Assembly (NCBI GenBank): GCA_907165135.1
Contig: OU015567.1
Location: 186,001-250,000 of the forward strand
Length of the DNA stretch: 64,000 bases
Source of the DNA: Oikopleura dioica
Taxonomy: Eukaryota; Animalia; Chordata
Direction: 5' to 3'
Each line of letters begins with the position of its first letter. The first letter of the stretch is position 1. Position numbers and translations under genes: made by a program. The notes beneath the pieces were generated by a model that searched no databases, had not been told where the DNA came from, and was given only the letters and a program-made list of their open reading frames with translations. Positions 37,800 to 49,500 of the stretch are shown piece by piece.

Positions 37800-37838
37800 T
37801 TAAACGCATGTTTGTTTATCAGCGCCAGGAAATTATTA

Positions 37839-38009
37839 CAGTGGATAGTCCTATCTTGGGTAGGTCACTTTAACGCGTCGCTACCCAGTTTAGGATTAGG
37901 CCGGCGCGGCCTTTTTTCTCTTGAGAAATAGAAATTTCTTTTTCAAAATATGGCCTCGCTACCCAGTTTAGGACAAGGCGGGCGCTACCTTAGAAAGGAT
38001 TATCCACTG
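37839..38009. mobile_element. Tc1/pogo-like MITE, TA TSD
   Basis: ta|cagtggatagtcct...aggattatccactg|ta. Confidence 0.75.
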
Positions 38010-38149
38010 TACTTAGACCATTTTTTAAAAATAGACTCAGTCGACTTTGCTTTTTTATCAAGAAGAGTCGATATTTTTAAATAAGTTAGGATAAGTTTGT
38101 ACCCTTGAATGTCTGAATTCTTTTCCCTGAAGACAATAGATGATAGTTC

Positions 38150-39090
38150 TATAAACATGCATACCATTTGCTCTTGAGATTTTCCATTGGAAATTCCATG
38201 CTTCTTGTAGTCTGGGTTCTCAGAAGAGTGTTTCCATCCGTACCCGAAGTAGATAGCGTATCCGGCTAAAAGAAAGATATTTCCCGAGTTTTAGTTCTTT
38301 ATCTACCTGCAAGCCAGAAGGTGAGCTTGACCCAGATCGTCCATCGCAAGAACACCATCAGATAGACATTGACAAGGATATTTACAACAGGGATGAATGG
38401 GATGAGGGGCACCTTAACCCTAGCCGGCCAGGTATTTACCTGCAAATAAGACTATACAAATGATAAAGGTCAAATTATATGGTCTTGGGGAAATAGATTA
38501 AACCCTGCCTATCAAGATGCAATAAAAAAAACCGCTCCAGAATGAGTTTCTTAGAAATTATACGTTAAATATTGTGAGGTACTTGGAAATGAGTAAAAAC
38601 CTGCTCCATATTTGGAGTACCTTGACCGGCTAGGGTTAAAAATGACCATCTTGATATAAGAGCAACGATACCTTGAAGTTGAGAACGGCCTCCGACTCCG
38701 GTTGGCGCCAGAAAAAAATGGAGAATACGATGATTAAAACGCCGAAAAGGAGCATTCCCTTCGTCCACTCGAACTTTGAGCACACTGAGAAGAGGATTGA
38801 AAAGATAGCTGAATGCGGCTTTAGAAAGGATGTTCAGCATCTGCACTCATTACCAATAAAAGAGGTGGAGTACGACACAGCCTGTGCGGACAATTTGGTG
38901 GGAGTGCCATATCGACGCGCGAAAAAATTCTTGATGGCAAAAGTCTCCGCAGAAGTATCAATCACTGGATCAGCGGATGTGTCCAATCTGTAGCAAAGTA
39001 CCATGACCGACGTAGCGACAAGAGTGTAAGCCATAAGGGTTCCAATCGACATGAAGTCAACAAATTCTTCGAGATCGAAGACGAGCGCAA
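38150..39090 (-). CDS. C-terminal half of a cationic amino acid transporter (SLC7A1-4/CAT family); N-terminal half not found, possibly a gene fragment
   Basis: LALVFDLEEFVDFMSIGTLMAYTLVATSVMVLCY; WRQPESEAVLNFK|VPLIPFIPVVNILVNVYLM; GYAIYFGYGWKHS. Confidence 0.8.
38418..38635. mobile_element. piggyBac-like MITE inserted into the TTAA of a TTAAG splice acceptor
   Basis: ttaa|ccctagccgg...ccggctaggg|ttaa within intron 38413-38671. Same family as 3380-3646. Confidence 0.9.
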
Positions 39091-39292
39091 GGCGTTCAAA
39101 ATTTTGAACGTAGCCGCCCTACACCCGCTAAAGAACCAAATGAACAAATAGAAACGGAAAACTCATTCAAGTGAAGTTTGCAAATTTTTATGTCTTTCGT
39201 ACTTTGGATCAAAGTGGAAAGCTGAATAGCCTATTCACTAGCTTCATCGAATTACTTTTCATCAATCATTTAAGGAGCCGATTAGCCTTTAA

Positions 39293-39952
39293 GGGGGTGG
39301 TAGTCGAGAATACTTTTCTCGACTTTTTGAAATTTTGATTTTATTTTTGAATTCCTCGATGCAAAAGGAACATTTTTGGTCCCTACCATTTTTTGATTTG
39401 ATCAACTTTATTTTAGAAAATATCGATTTTAAGTCGGGAATTTATGATTTTTCGAAACTTGGAAATTTGATTTCCTTTACTAAAACCGATATTAACATGA
39501 TTTTTGCTGCGTGATATTGTCAAGATAAAAGATTTTACTAATAAATAGGCAATAATTGAGAATAGTTGTTATTTTTTCGAAAATTAAAGTTCAAATTGGG
39601 TGAAAATTGACGATTTTTATGAAAACTACATTTTTTAAATCAGGTTCTGCGACCTCAAAATGAAACAGAACCTTTTTTAAACTTATTTGCCCACACGCCT
39701 AAGGGTCTGAACTATCTTAAGAATAAATTAATTTTCGAAAAAATTTAAGGGTTTTCTCACAATTTTGTCAAGAGATAGGTCCACTTTAGAAGCATATTTT
39801 GAGCTTTTTCCGAGAGAAAATTTTTTAAAAACTATGTCGCCCACATAATTTGAACCCTTTCAAACCCATTTTCGATGAGAAAAGAAAAAATTTTTTTGAA
39901 AAATTTTGAGCTAATTTTGTTGAAAAAAATCCGATTCTCGACCACCACCCCC
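39293..39952. mobile_element. Kolobok-like MITE (GGGGGTGGT TIR, TTAA TSD)
   Basis: ttaa|gggggtggtagtcgagaat...attctcgaccaccaccccc|ttaa. Confidence 0.85.
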
Positions 39953-40033
39953 TTAAGAAATAATCACGAAATAAATTCCTTGCAAAATTTGCGCGCACTA
40001 GACTTTCATCTGCATTGTACCGCTGTACTTTAA

Positions 40034-40520
40034 CCTTACCCCGCCAGGGTACACCTCCTCATACACAGAGGTCAAAAAATTAATTTTTCACAGAGAAGGA
40101 CTTTGACTTTTGGAAAAAGAAAAACTGTAGAGCTCTTTATCGATAAGCTTTCTTCTGGTTACCCTTTCAGCACTCAGGGTTAGGGTTAGGGTTCGGAAAT
40201 CGGCGTTTTTGAAAATAACTGCATGCACCTCCTGAGGTCTATAGCTTAAATAACGGATGCACCTCCTGAGGTGTTTTTGTCGGGTAGGCTAGTGATTTTC
40301 CGCCAAAAAGAAAATCTCTTCCCCACTCACAAGAAATTTGGAATCAACTAAATATGCTCCTTACATAAAATATGCATAATTCAGAATTATTAATTCTAAA
40401 ATATTATATGATCTTGCATAGTTTTTTCATGTATCAAATATATTTCTGTATCAATATGTGATTATTTAATATGTGATATTTTTGCGGGTAAGGACAAAAT
40501 GACGATTTGGCGGGGTAAGG
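40034..40520. mobile_element. piggyBac-like MITE (CCTTACCCCGCCA TIR, TTAA TSD)
   Basis: ttaa|ccttaccccgcca...tggcggggtaagg|ttaa. Confidence 0.85.
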
Positions 40521-40646
40521 TTAAGGAAAGAATTGCGCTGGTTCAGAAATCGAAATTAGACAGAAACGTTAAAAGAAAAATTTTTTGAGAAATATTCATA
40601 TATAAGTCTAATCAAAGCCATGTTAATCGGTCTTCTTCTGAGCTTA

Positions 40647-40740
40647 CAGTGGTGTGAGGAGTTTCCGCACACCTAAAGAGCGGGTAAAAGGTGCGGCAAC
40701 GCAGCACTCACAAAGGGTGCAGAAACTCCTCACACCATTG
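40647..40740. mobile_element. 94-bp Tc1/mariner-like MITE, TA TSD
   Basis: ta|cagtggtgtgaggagtttc...gaaactcctcacaccattg|ta. Confidence 0.75.
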
Positions 40741-41186
40741 TAGATAGATAAGGCCGCTTCCGCCGAGAAGCAACCGTGCTTATTTTCTATCAACTGTTTT
40801 CCCTCGCTCTTTCTGTGCTCTATCCGCAAGGATCACTTAATCATGCAAAAGTCACTCAGCTGAAAAACACCCAAGCAAAGCTCAGTATTTTACCCATTGT
40901 GTAATAAATATGCTTCAGTCACAAAGAATTCAGTTCATTGAGTACGGGAAAACTAATAAACTTGTAAGTTATAATCGACGTTGAACTCCTAAGGAGCAAT
41001 GAAATTTTCGTTTGAAAAGATTTTATTGGGAAATTAGCGGTTACTTTGAAGATTATCAGAAAACAGTTGGTTTCCTATTTTCTTGAGGGAATTTTTCTTG
41101 ACAATTTTTGGATTTAAACACCGTTGAAGTCAACGAGAATTAGAATTTTTAGAACAATTTTCCCGATAAAACGAATTCCGCAAGTA

Positions 41187-41990
41187 CAGTGAAACCCCAA
41201 CTTAAGGCCACTTTTTGGATGACAGCTAATTTGAAAAGTGGCCTACAGTTGGGTGATTCTCCATCTAAGTTGGATGACGCTAAAATTTTTCTATTTCTGG
41301 AGTAAGGGACTGAATCATGTGAATCAAAAATGAAAAGTGGAGGGTCTTATGAGAAATTTGTAAAGTATGAATTGTAAAAACTGAATGCGCTAATTGAATC
41401 AAACTTGAGGTTATTTTTTTATTCTCTTAAAAATAAATTTTGCCGCAAGCATGTCGCAAGAAGAAAAGAGAATCCACATGACACTGGCCGAGAAAAAAGA
41501 TATGCAGAGATTCTAGTGAAGACGCCGAAGAAGTGTGATGCAAAGAAGATTATCAATTGGCTATTTCGAAAGAAACATGATGGAAAAGACATTCCGACGC
41601 GGACATTTTCTCGGCTTTATGATCAGCGGTTCAAAATATTGGATTCTAAATCGAAACGAAGGTTTCAAATGTCTCAGCATTTCTTGGCGCTTCAAATTGA
41701 TGAAACACGAGCTGCAACTCCGATGGAGGTTGAAGAAGTACCACAACTTGTGGTCCACAAGTTCAAGTGAGAGAAGATGCCGACGCTGAAAAGCCATCGA
41801 CATCAAAATCGCCAAAGAAGCAGCAGAAGATAACGAGTTTTTATAAAAAGTGAATTAAAAAGCGATTTACTCACTGTGAATAAAAATTGAAAAAAGTGGC
41901 CCTAAGTTGGATTTTTTTCGGATGACAGATTTCGGGGATTTTTCAAAAAAGTGGCCTTAAGTTGCTCGGCCTTAAGTTGGGGTTTCACTG
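41187..41990 (+). mobile_element. Internally deleted pogo/Tigger-like transposon with a frameshifted transposase N-terminus
   Basis: ta|cagtgaaaccccaacttaaggcc...ggccttaagttggggtttcactg|ta. The internal MSQEEKRIHMTLAEKK/..IPTRTFSRLYDQRFKIL resembles the CENP-B/Tigger HTH. An orphan TIR lies at ~51455. Confidence 0.8.
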
Positions 41991-42471
41991 TATATTATGA
42001 CTAGTCGGGTGAGAATTAAAGGGTATTTAGAGGATATCGGCAAAAAGATTCGCGAAGATTTGTAAAAATTTCGTGCACTCCTTTACCAAATGTGACCAAA
42101 ATAAATAGCGAAATAATCAGAAAACTTGCCGAAATCAAGGGGTTTGGCCCATACGGCATCATTGATGCATCATCTCGACGCGAACAAATGCATCAACGAT
42201 GAAATTCTGCCGCGGATCTTTGATGAGTTCACTGCACTACATCGAGCGATAGATTTTTCGGGACCGAAATCAACGAGAACCGGATCGCAGAAATTTCAAG
42301 CTATGGTGAAGGTTGTTTTTGAAGAAAAATGATGAGTTTTGTTATAATTTTTCGCTGGAAAAGAACTGATGCGATATTGGTGCAGAAATTTGACAAAACT
42401 TCCTGGCTGGGGAGGAAAACATCTTCAAATTTGTAATAATTTTGTTTCAAAGCAGCACAGTCCAAGAGCCA

Positions 42472-43145
42472 TGATGATTTCAAAAAAAATTTCGCGGGCC
42501 CGGAAATCGTCAAAAAACTTCTTGTCTATTTTTGTAGAGCTCGTCGAGACGAGTCGAATGATATATAAAACTCCAGATAGTTTTAAGATTTTCCGCCAAA
42601 AAAGTGATAAGAAGGTGTCTTATCAAAAATTTTCTGACCAGCGCCGTTTCTGTTCTAGAAAAGCTCAGGTGATGCTTGACCCCGGAAAATGATGCTCATG
42701 GTCTGTTCTATTCCGGCAAAAAATTTCAGCTCGTCCTCACATATCCTGCTGTGCTTATCAGCGAAAATCAAAAAATTAGTGCATTTTGTTGTCGCTGCAC
42801 GTTCCTAGTTTCCGGCCCATTTACAGTCCCATTTTCCTTGGAAAATGAAATTTTACGATAAACTCGGCTGGGTATACGATGACGAGCTGAATTTTTTTGC
42901 CGGAATAGAACAGGCCATGAGGATCATTTTCCGGGGTCAAGCATCACCCCAGCTTTTCTAGAACAAAAACGGCGCCGGTCAGAAAATTTTTGATAAGACA
43001 CCTTCTTATCACTTTTTTTGGCGGAAAATTTTATAACTATCAGGAGTTTTATATATCATTCGACTCGTCTCGACGAGCTCTACAAAACTAGACAAGAAGT
43101 TTTTTGACGATTTCCGGGCCCGCGAAATTTTTTTTAAAATCATCC
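42472..43145. mobile_element. Foldback-type element with ~270-bp inverted arms
   Basis: ~42472-42740 is the reverse complement of ~42875-43145. A single partial arm lies at ~44603-44800. Confidence 0.8.
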
Positions 43146-43524
43146 ATGCTGAAAGTTTGGTTCTTTTTTGTATATTTTTTATTTCGAAAAGCAGTATTTA
43201 TGCATCAACCGTGTTGTTTTCTGTTATTCTGCAAAAAAGCGAGTAAGCTATTTTTTAATTTCGGCGGGGCAGAAATAAATATTTATCCGTCGAATCTGCT
43301 TGTGCTCTTTTGGTGAGTGCTGCTCAAATCAAGTAAAACAGGCTTTTTTCGACTAATTAAAATAAATTCTAGCGTTGTTTGATGCTTCCATTTCACTTCA
43401 AGAATTTGATTAAAAATATATTAAAAAACAAACTTCGTAATTATTATTATTTTCGATTCTTTTGAAGCTCAGTTCTTTTTATTTAAAACAGGTACGCAAG
43501 AAACAGATGAAAGCGAGTAGATAT

Positions 43525-46500
43525 TTAAGCGCAGAATCCTGCGGAGACTGGAAACAAGACTGGCACAACTTGGCTATTGCTATGAGTGCCAATTATTTCG
43601 GAGCTTTTTATTTCGTCTCCCTCCATGTCGATTCTTTCAAGAGAGTGATTTGGTTCTCCATAACCGGGGATCAGGAAAATCGAATCGTTGATTTTTAGAG
43701 ACGAATGCACGTACATAGCCTTAGAACACATTAAAAATCGAATAAATAAAAGCAAATCAAAACTTCAACGAACTCATCAATCCATCAAGTGATGAATAAT
43801 AAACTTACGCTTTTCAAAGTTCCAGTTCGCGACCAGGAGTCGTTTGAGAGAAGCCAGACATGATCCAATATAACATTTCCATCAGTCCAGCCACCAAGCA
43901 TGAGTAGATTTCCGCTTTCAAGCCCGACCAAGACATGACCCCAAAAACGACCACTAAAAATAACTTCGATGATAAAAAATAACTCATTTTACCTTATTGG
44001 TGGATCTCCAATCACCCTCCATTCATTGTTTGTTAGTGTTTCCCCTTTTTCCGTGTCGTAACTAGAACCAACAGTGGTCGGTTGATTTTTATACATCCCA
44101 AGTTTTCCAAATGCATGCCCGTAATTCGAGGAGGTCGCGGACGTTGAACTCGATCCATCATAAATTTCGCAGTGGTTCTTATTTTCACCATTAGCGAAGC
44201 AGATCAAGACTGAAATTTTTATTTTTCATCGGATATTTAAAATTTATAATATGAAAAAATTTGCTCATTTACCTCGCGAATTGCCGTCAATAGAAAGAGC
44301 AGCGCTTCCGTTGTCTATGTCATTCAAAAGCTTCGCCGATTTTTCTCCAAAAGCGCAATTTTCAAGAACAGCAATCTGAAATTCAAATTTTCATAAAAAT
44401 AACAAGTAATTATCAAACCTTTCTTTTGTCCGATATTCCACCAAAGATATAAAGTTTATTTCCAATGAGCGCATGCTGAGCATCTTTAGGATAATTCCCA
44501 ACTGGAGCTGTGATTTTTGCAGAGACTTTTGAATTTCCTTCTCGAGAAATCACATATGCGTCCAAGACCGAGTTACGAAGAACGAGAATGGAATTTCTCT
44601 GAACAAAAAATTTCTTGTCTAGTTTTGTAGAGCTCGTCGAGACAAGTCGAATGATATATCAAACTCATTTTAGTTTATAGATTTTCCGCCAAAAAAGTGA
44701 TAAGAAGGTGTCTTATCAAAAATTTTCTGACCGGCGCCGTTTTTGGTCTAGAAAAGCTGAGGTCATGCTTGACACTGGAAAATCATCCTTATGATCTGTT
44801 CTACTGCTGCAAGAAAAATAAGGATAAGATAATAAAAATCTCTTCTGATAAATTTATACCAGCTAGTATTTTTTAGCGCACAAAATTTTTCCCTGTGAGT
44901 GCACGGCGCTCCGAACTCGGGGCAACCCCTTTTTCTGTTCTAGCGCAAAATAAATTAAAAAATTATTTTGACTAATTAGTTTCGAACGGTCAGGTCCATT
45001 ATAGACTATAATAAAGGCTATAAATTATAGCCTATAATTTATAGCCTAATATAATTTATAGTTGACAGCTTTCCCTGCGCGGAGAGACTTCTCTGCGCAA
45101 GGACGAAAGTATCTTCTCCCGTAACGAAGATCGCTTGCTCCCTCCTTGAAACCCTTTCTCCCTGTGCACGGGGAGGGGCTCGAAACAATTCTGCATGCAG
45201 AACTATTCTGCAAAAAATAGAACTATTCTGCAGAAAATGGAACTATTCTGCGTTTCGCAGAACTATTCTGCCGAATGCAGAACTATTCTGCAAATGTAGA
45301 ACTATTCTGCAAAATACAGAACTATTCTGCACAGATGCAGAACTATTCTGCGAAAAGCAGAACTATTCTATAAATCCAGAACTATTCTGCATTTCGTGAA
45401 TTAAGCACGCGACAGGCCTACGGCCCTTACGCGTGCATTTTCTGGTAGGAAACTCATTGGGTTGGCAGGGGCAGTCTTTCTCTACCGCTGGGACTCCAAT
45501 ATTTCGGTCAATTGAGTCTTTTGGTGTTTTTGTGCTAATATCCGTTTTGGCGGGTGCAGAACTATTCTTCGAAAAATGCAGAACTATTCTGCATGCAGAA
45601 TTATTTCGATCGAATAAGGGCGATATTTGATCGAAACAATTCTGCATTTTGCAGAATAGTTCTGCATGCAGAATTGTTTCGATCGTTTCCCTGTGCACGA
45701 GCTTTTTACGCACGTAAATATGCATTCTTCCTACGTAACTCTCTCTCTCCTGACGCAACTGTCATACTTCCGTTCGGACAAAGCTCTGTCCGTACGCACA
45801 GAATTAGTACATAGTATATAAGTCGTTTTAGATTTTAGTATATAAGTCGCTCTGCTTCGCAACTCGACACTTACCTTCATGATAGATCTGACCGTCCGAA
45901 ATTTGTCGAAATTAATTTATACGACCAATTTATTTTCAGATAAATAATTATCCTCGATCTTAGAAAGAGTTCGACGGGGTGACGGCGGGTTTTTGGCAAA
46001 GATCAGCCCGGCAAAAACTATCCGCTATTTATCATAATAGTGATTTTCCAAAGATCCTTTTATATTGGAAATTTTGAAGTCAAGATTGGGTTACACTTAG
46101 TTCTATTTTTTCTTGTTCTTCTATTTCAAAGGAAAAATTATTGAAATTATTATATTACGGAAAACCAGTGTATTAAAAAATTTTCAAAACATTTGTAAAC
46201 TTACCGGGCCACTATCCTCATCTGATGCAGAGCAATCAGCAAGGCAATTTGGGTCATCCGCCTTGCAAAAGTCGATCTAAAGAAAACTCGTAAAGCAACT
46301 GTAAAAATGAAAAAAAAACTTACGTTGCATGATATCGTCATCTTTGCCGAATCTGCGCTCTGGGGAAATATAAAAATTGTGAAGGAGAATTTCAAATCAG
46401 ATGTTGTTTTTTCTCCCCAGACGAAATTCAGTCCATTTTCGAGGGGACACTTATCTTCAACAAGAGCGAGACTGGTATCAGTCAAAGCCTCATCTTCTAC

Positions 46501-49500
46501 TGTGCATGTTTTAACGACGAAGCTGGTGTCCGGAATTGAAGCTGGGGCTTTTATCTTTCAAGAGTTACTCACTTTTCCCGAAGTTTTATGACCTATCTCG
46601 AGCACGAGCATATTTTTAGAGCTTGTCTTGATTGAAAGACATTGTAAATAGACATTTTGAAAAAAAAATTATTTTTATCTGGCTGTTTAATGATAGTCAC
46701 TGATAGTAAGGGAAACTTTCGAGATGATTCTGCATGCAGAAAAGTTAAGCATATAAGAAAAAATAATCTTTTAACGAAGGAAGCGCGAGAGTAGAGAAAG
46801 TTGGCAACCTTCAGAAATGAGTTCCCTACCAGAATTTGCGCGAAGGGGCCGTTTGTCACTAGATAAAGATCGTTTTTCCGGCACTATGTAGAATGCCGAT
46901 GAAAGATGGGGTTGCCCTGGACTTGAGCCCGAATTAGCGACACCATGTGTGCGTGTTTCGCTTTTTCATTAAGCGGAGGAACCCGCCAGGTGGAAGACTT
47001 CGCTTTTACGAAAAGAACATCCTCTCACTGAACTAATGAATTTTTGGATTTTTTCAGGTGAGCCCCTAAATTTAAAAATCAATATATGGAGATAATCTTT
47101 TTTTTTCCGGGCAATACTTAACTTTCATCGGTAGTTCTATATTTTGCAGAATTCTTTATTTGCAGAATTGTTCTGCATTCTGCAGAAAATTTTTGCGGAA
47201 CGGGGGGAGTTCTTATGAAAAAATTTGCTAAAATTGTTATTCATAGTGCATTATTGAAGAAATTTTTGCTGTTTTTATCAATTTTACGTTGAAAAGGAAA
47301 AATCATTTTCAAATGAACCCCTTAAGGATATAAGCTATGAATTTGAACTTTCGTAGCGCCTAAATGCGACATAGGATCATTTTCATTTCAAAAGCAGTCC
47401 TACCTAAAATTGCACGTAGAACTCAAATCTGGAACTTTTGAAAAAAATTTATGGAAAATTTTCTCTCTAGAGCGATTTCAAATCTTACGCTCTCGATTGC
47501 TCGAAATTTTTCCACTAAATCGGTCGAGTTTTTTCGATAAATAACTTCTCTTAACCCTTATCTACGAAATTGACGGATCAGTTTTCGATAATTCCGACCG
47601 AAACCGATTTTCGAGCCATTTACATGAGGCTTACCCAGCGTGTGAATAGTGTAAAAGCGGCGCGCTGGGCGCTCGCTCTCTCAACTCCTCTTTTCCGTGA
47701 GAGTGGCGCGGTTGAGCGTAGCGCTTTGATTGGTTGCCCGCGACAAAGCACAAAAAGAAGAAAAACTCGAGCAAGAAAGAGGAAAACGCTAGAATGAAAA
47801 TTTGAGAGAGTTTGGAAATAAAAGCCCGTCAATTTTCTAGCTTAACATCATCAAAATAAAAGAAACGGTTTAATTTTAGCGATTCAATGGAAAAATTCGA
47901 GCAATCGAGAGCGTAAGATTTGAAATCGCTCTAGAGAGAAAATTTTCCAAAAATTTTTTTTCAAAAGTTCCAGATTTGAGTTCTAAGTGCAATTTTAGGT
48001 AGGACTGCTTTTGAAATGAAAATGATTCTACGTCGCATTTAGGCGCTACGAAAATTCAAATTCATAGCTTATATCCTTAACCCGTTGCCGAGCGCGTAGC
48101 ATTTAGGATGCTACAACCTGCCCCAGGGCTCGAAATCCAGCTTACTATTGGCGTAGATGGCTTTTATACACTTCGCGCTCGGCAACGGGTTAATATATCT
48201 TTATTTTTTCTTCTGATGCCCTCGATATCAACCTAAGCTATATTGAGAGTTTTTAAAAATTTTTGATTGTTGAGGTCATCTCAGAAATATCGATGTTTGA
48301 AACTTGAACGTATTGTTGCGACACCCTTAAGAAGCGCACGAGCGTGCATTTTCTTCTAGTCCCCTAGACCAACTATCGGGCTACCCAAAAGCAAAAAGTT
48401 TTCGGAAATCTTAAGGGGATCACCTCGAAATCACTGTTTGAAAAAGTTATTCCCACATGACAAAGGAGGATAGGAGCACATTAAATAAATAATTTTCCAT
48501 CAAGTCCCCACTTATTATGAGTAGAATCTTTGATCAAATATTTTTATAGTTAGAACTCAAGGGCTGTCCATAAAGAGTGCTTCCGACTTGTAATTTCATC
48601 GTAGTAAAATCGACTTCGTTTTCATATTTTGAGGTATCATAGAAAGAAATCGGAACATCGAACTCGATGAGCTCATTATTAACATCGCCAGCATTGAACG
48701 TGAGAGAAGTAACAGCGTTGCTTTGGTCGGGTTGCTATTGCCATCAGAAAAAGTAGGGCAAAAAGATAACTGGAAGTTCAATTTGAGCAACTTTCTTTCG
48801 CAAATTTTTTTTTGGTTCAATTTTGTCAAAAAATAAATTATCAAAAAGTGAGTAGTCTTATATAGTCTATTGTATTATATTATATAATTTTATATATATA
48901 GAGAGGCATAACGCACAGAAAAATCAATTTTTTCCCTGTAATAGATACAAGTTTGAAAATTTGGGAGCAACTAAAACACCAAAAATGAAATTTTTGAAAT
49001 TTTTTTTGTTGAAATGTTGTCAGAGCACAAAAATCTATCTGATAGGTGAAAATTCGCTTCTTAAGGACCCCCCCCCCCGTCAACAATTTTCGAAAAATCA
49101 AATTTCGAAATTTTTTTAATTTTGACCCCGGAAATGGATTCTACGGGTCAAAAAACGATTTTGAGGCTTTTTTTGGGGTCTATCTCGACTCTAACATCCT
49201 CAAAATCGCGATTGAAAATTGGACTTTTTCACGAAAAATGATGAAAATGGCCTATTTTTGCTAGAAAATCAGGTTTTTCTTGGTCAAAAATTGCTCCGAA
49301 CAAGTTAATATGATGTTTTAAACTTCCAGGAATACTCAGAAGCCAAAATATGGCTGTTTTAAAATTTTCGATTTTTTGAGGAAAATTGTTGACGGGGGTC
49401 CTTAAGACTTACAGATAAAAAGTCGATTTTTGTGCGTTATGCCTATATATAGATAATATAGAATTTTAATATATTATTTACTATAAATATAATATAATGA

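Noticed and set aside
42369-43316. ORFs at 42369, 42676 and 43104, and similar ORFs within repeats elsewhere (e.g. 18135, 45363, 49046)
   Set aside because: They lie within foldback or MITE sequence and show no protein motifs.
45197-45390. CRISPR-like or heat-shock-element array
   Set aside because: Spacers are only ~5 nt and the context is eukaryotic. GAA-nnn-TTC spacing does not fit nGAAnnTTCn. It is a transposon subterminal minisatellite.
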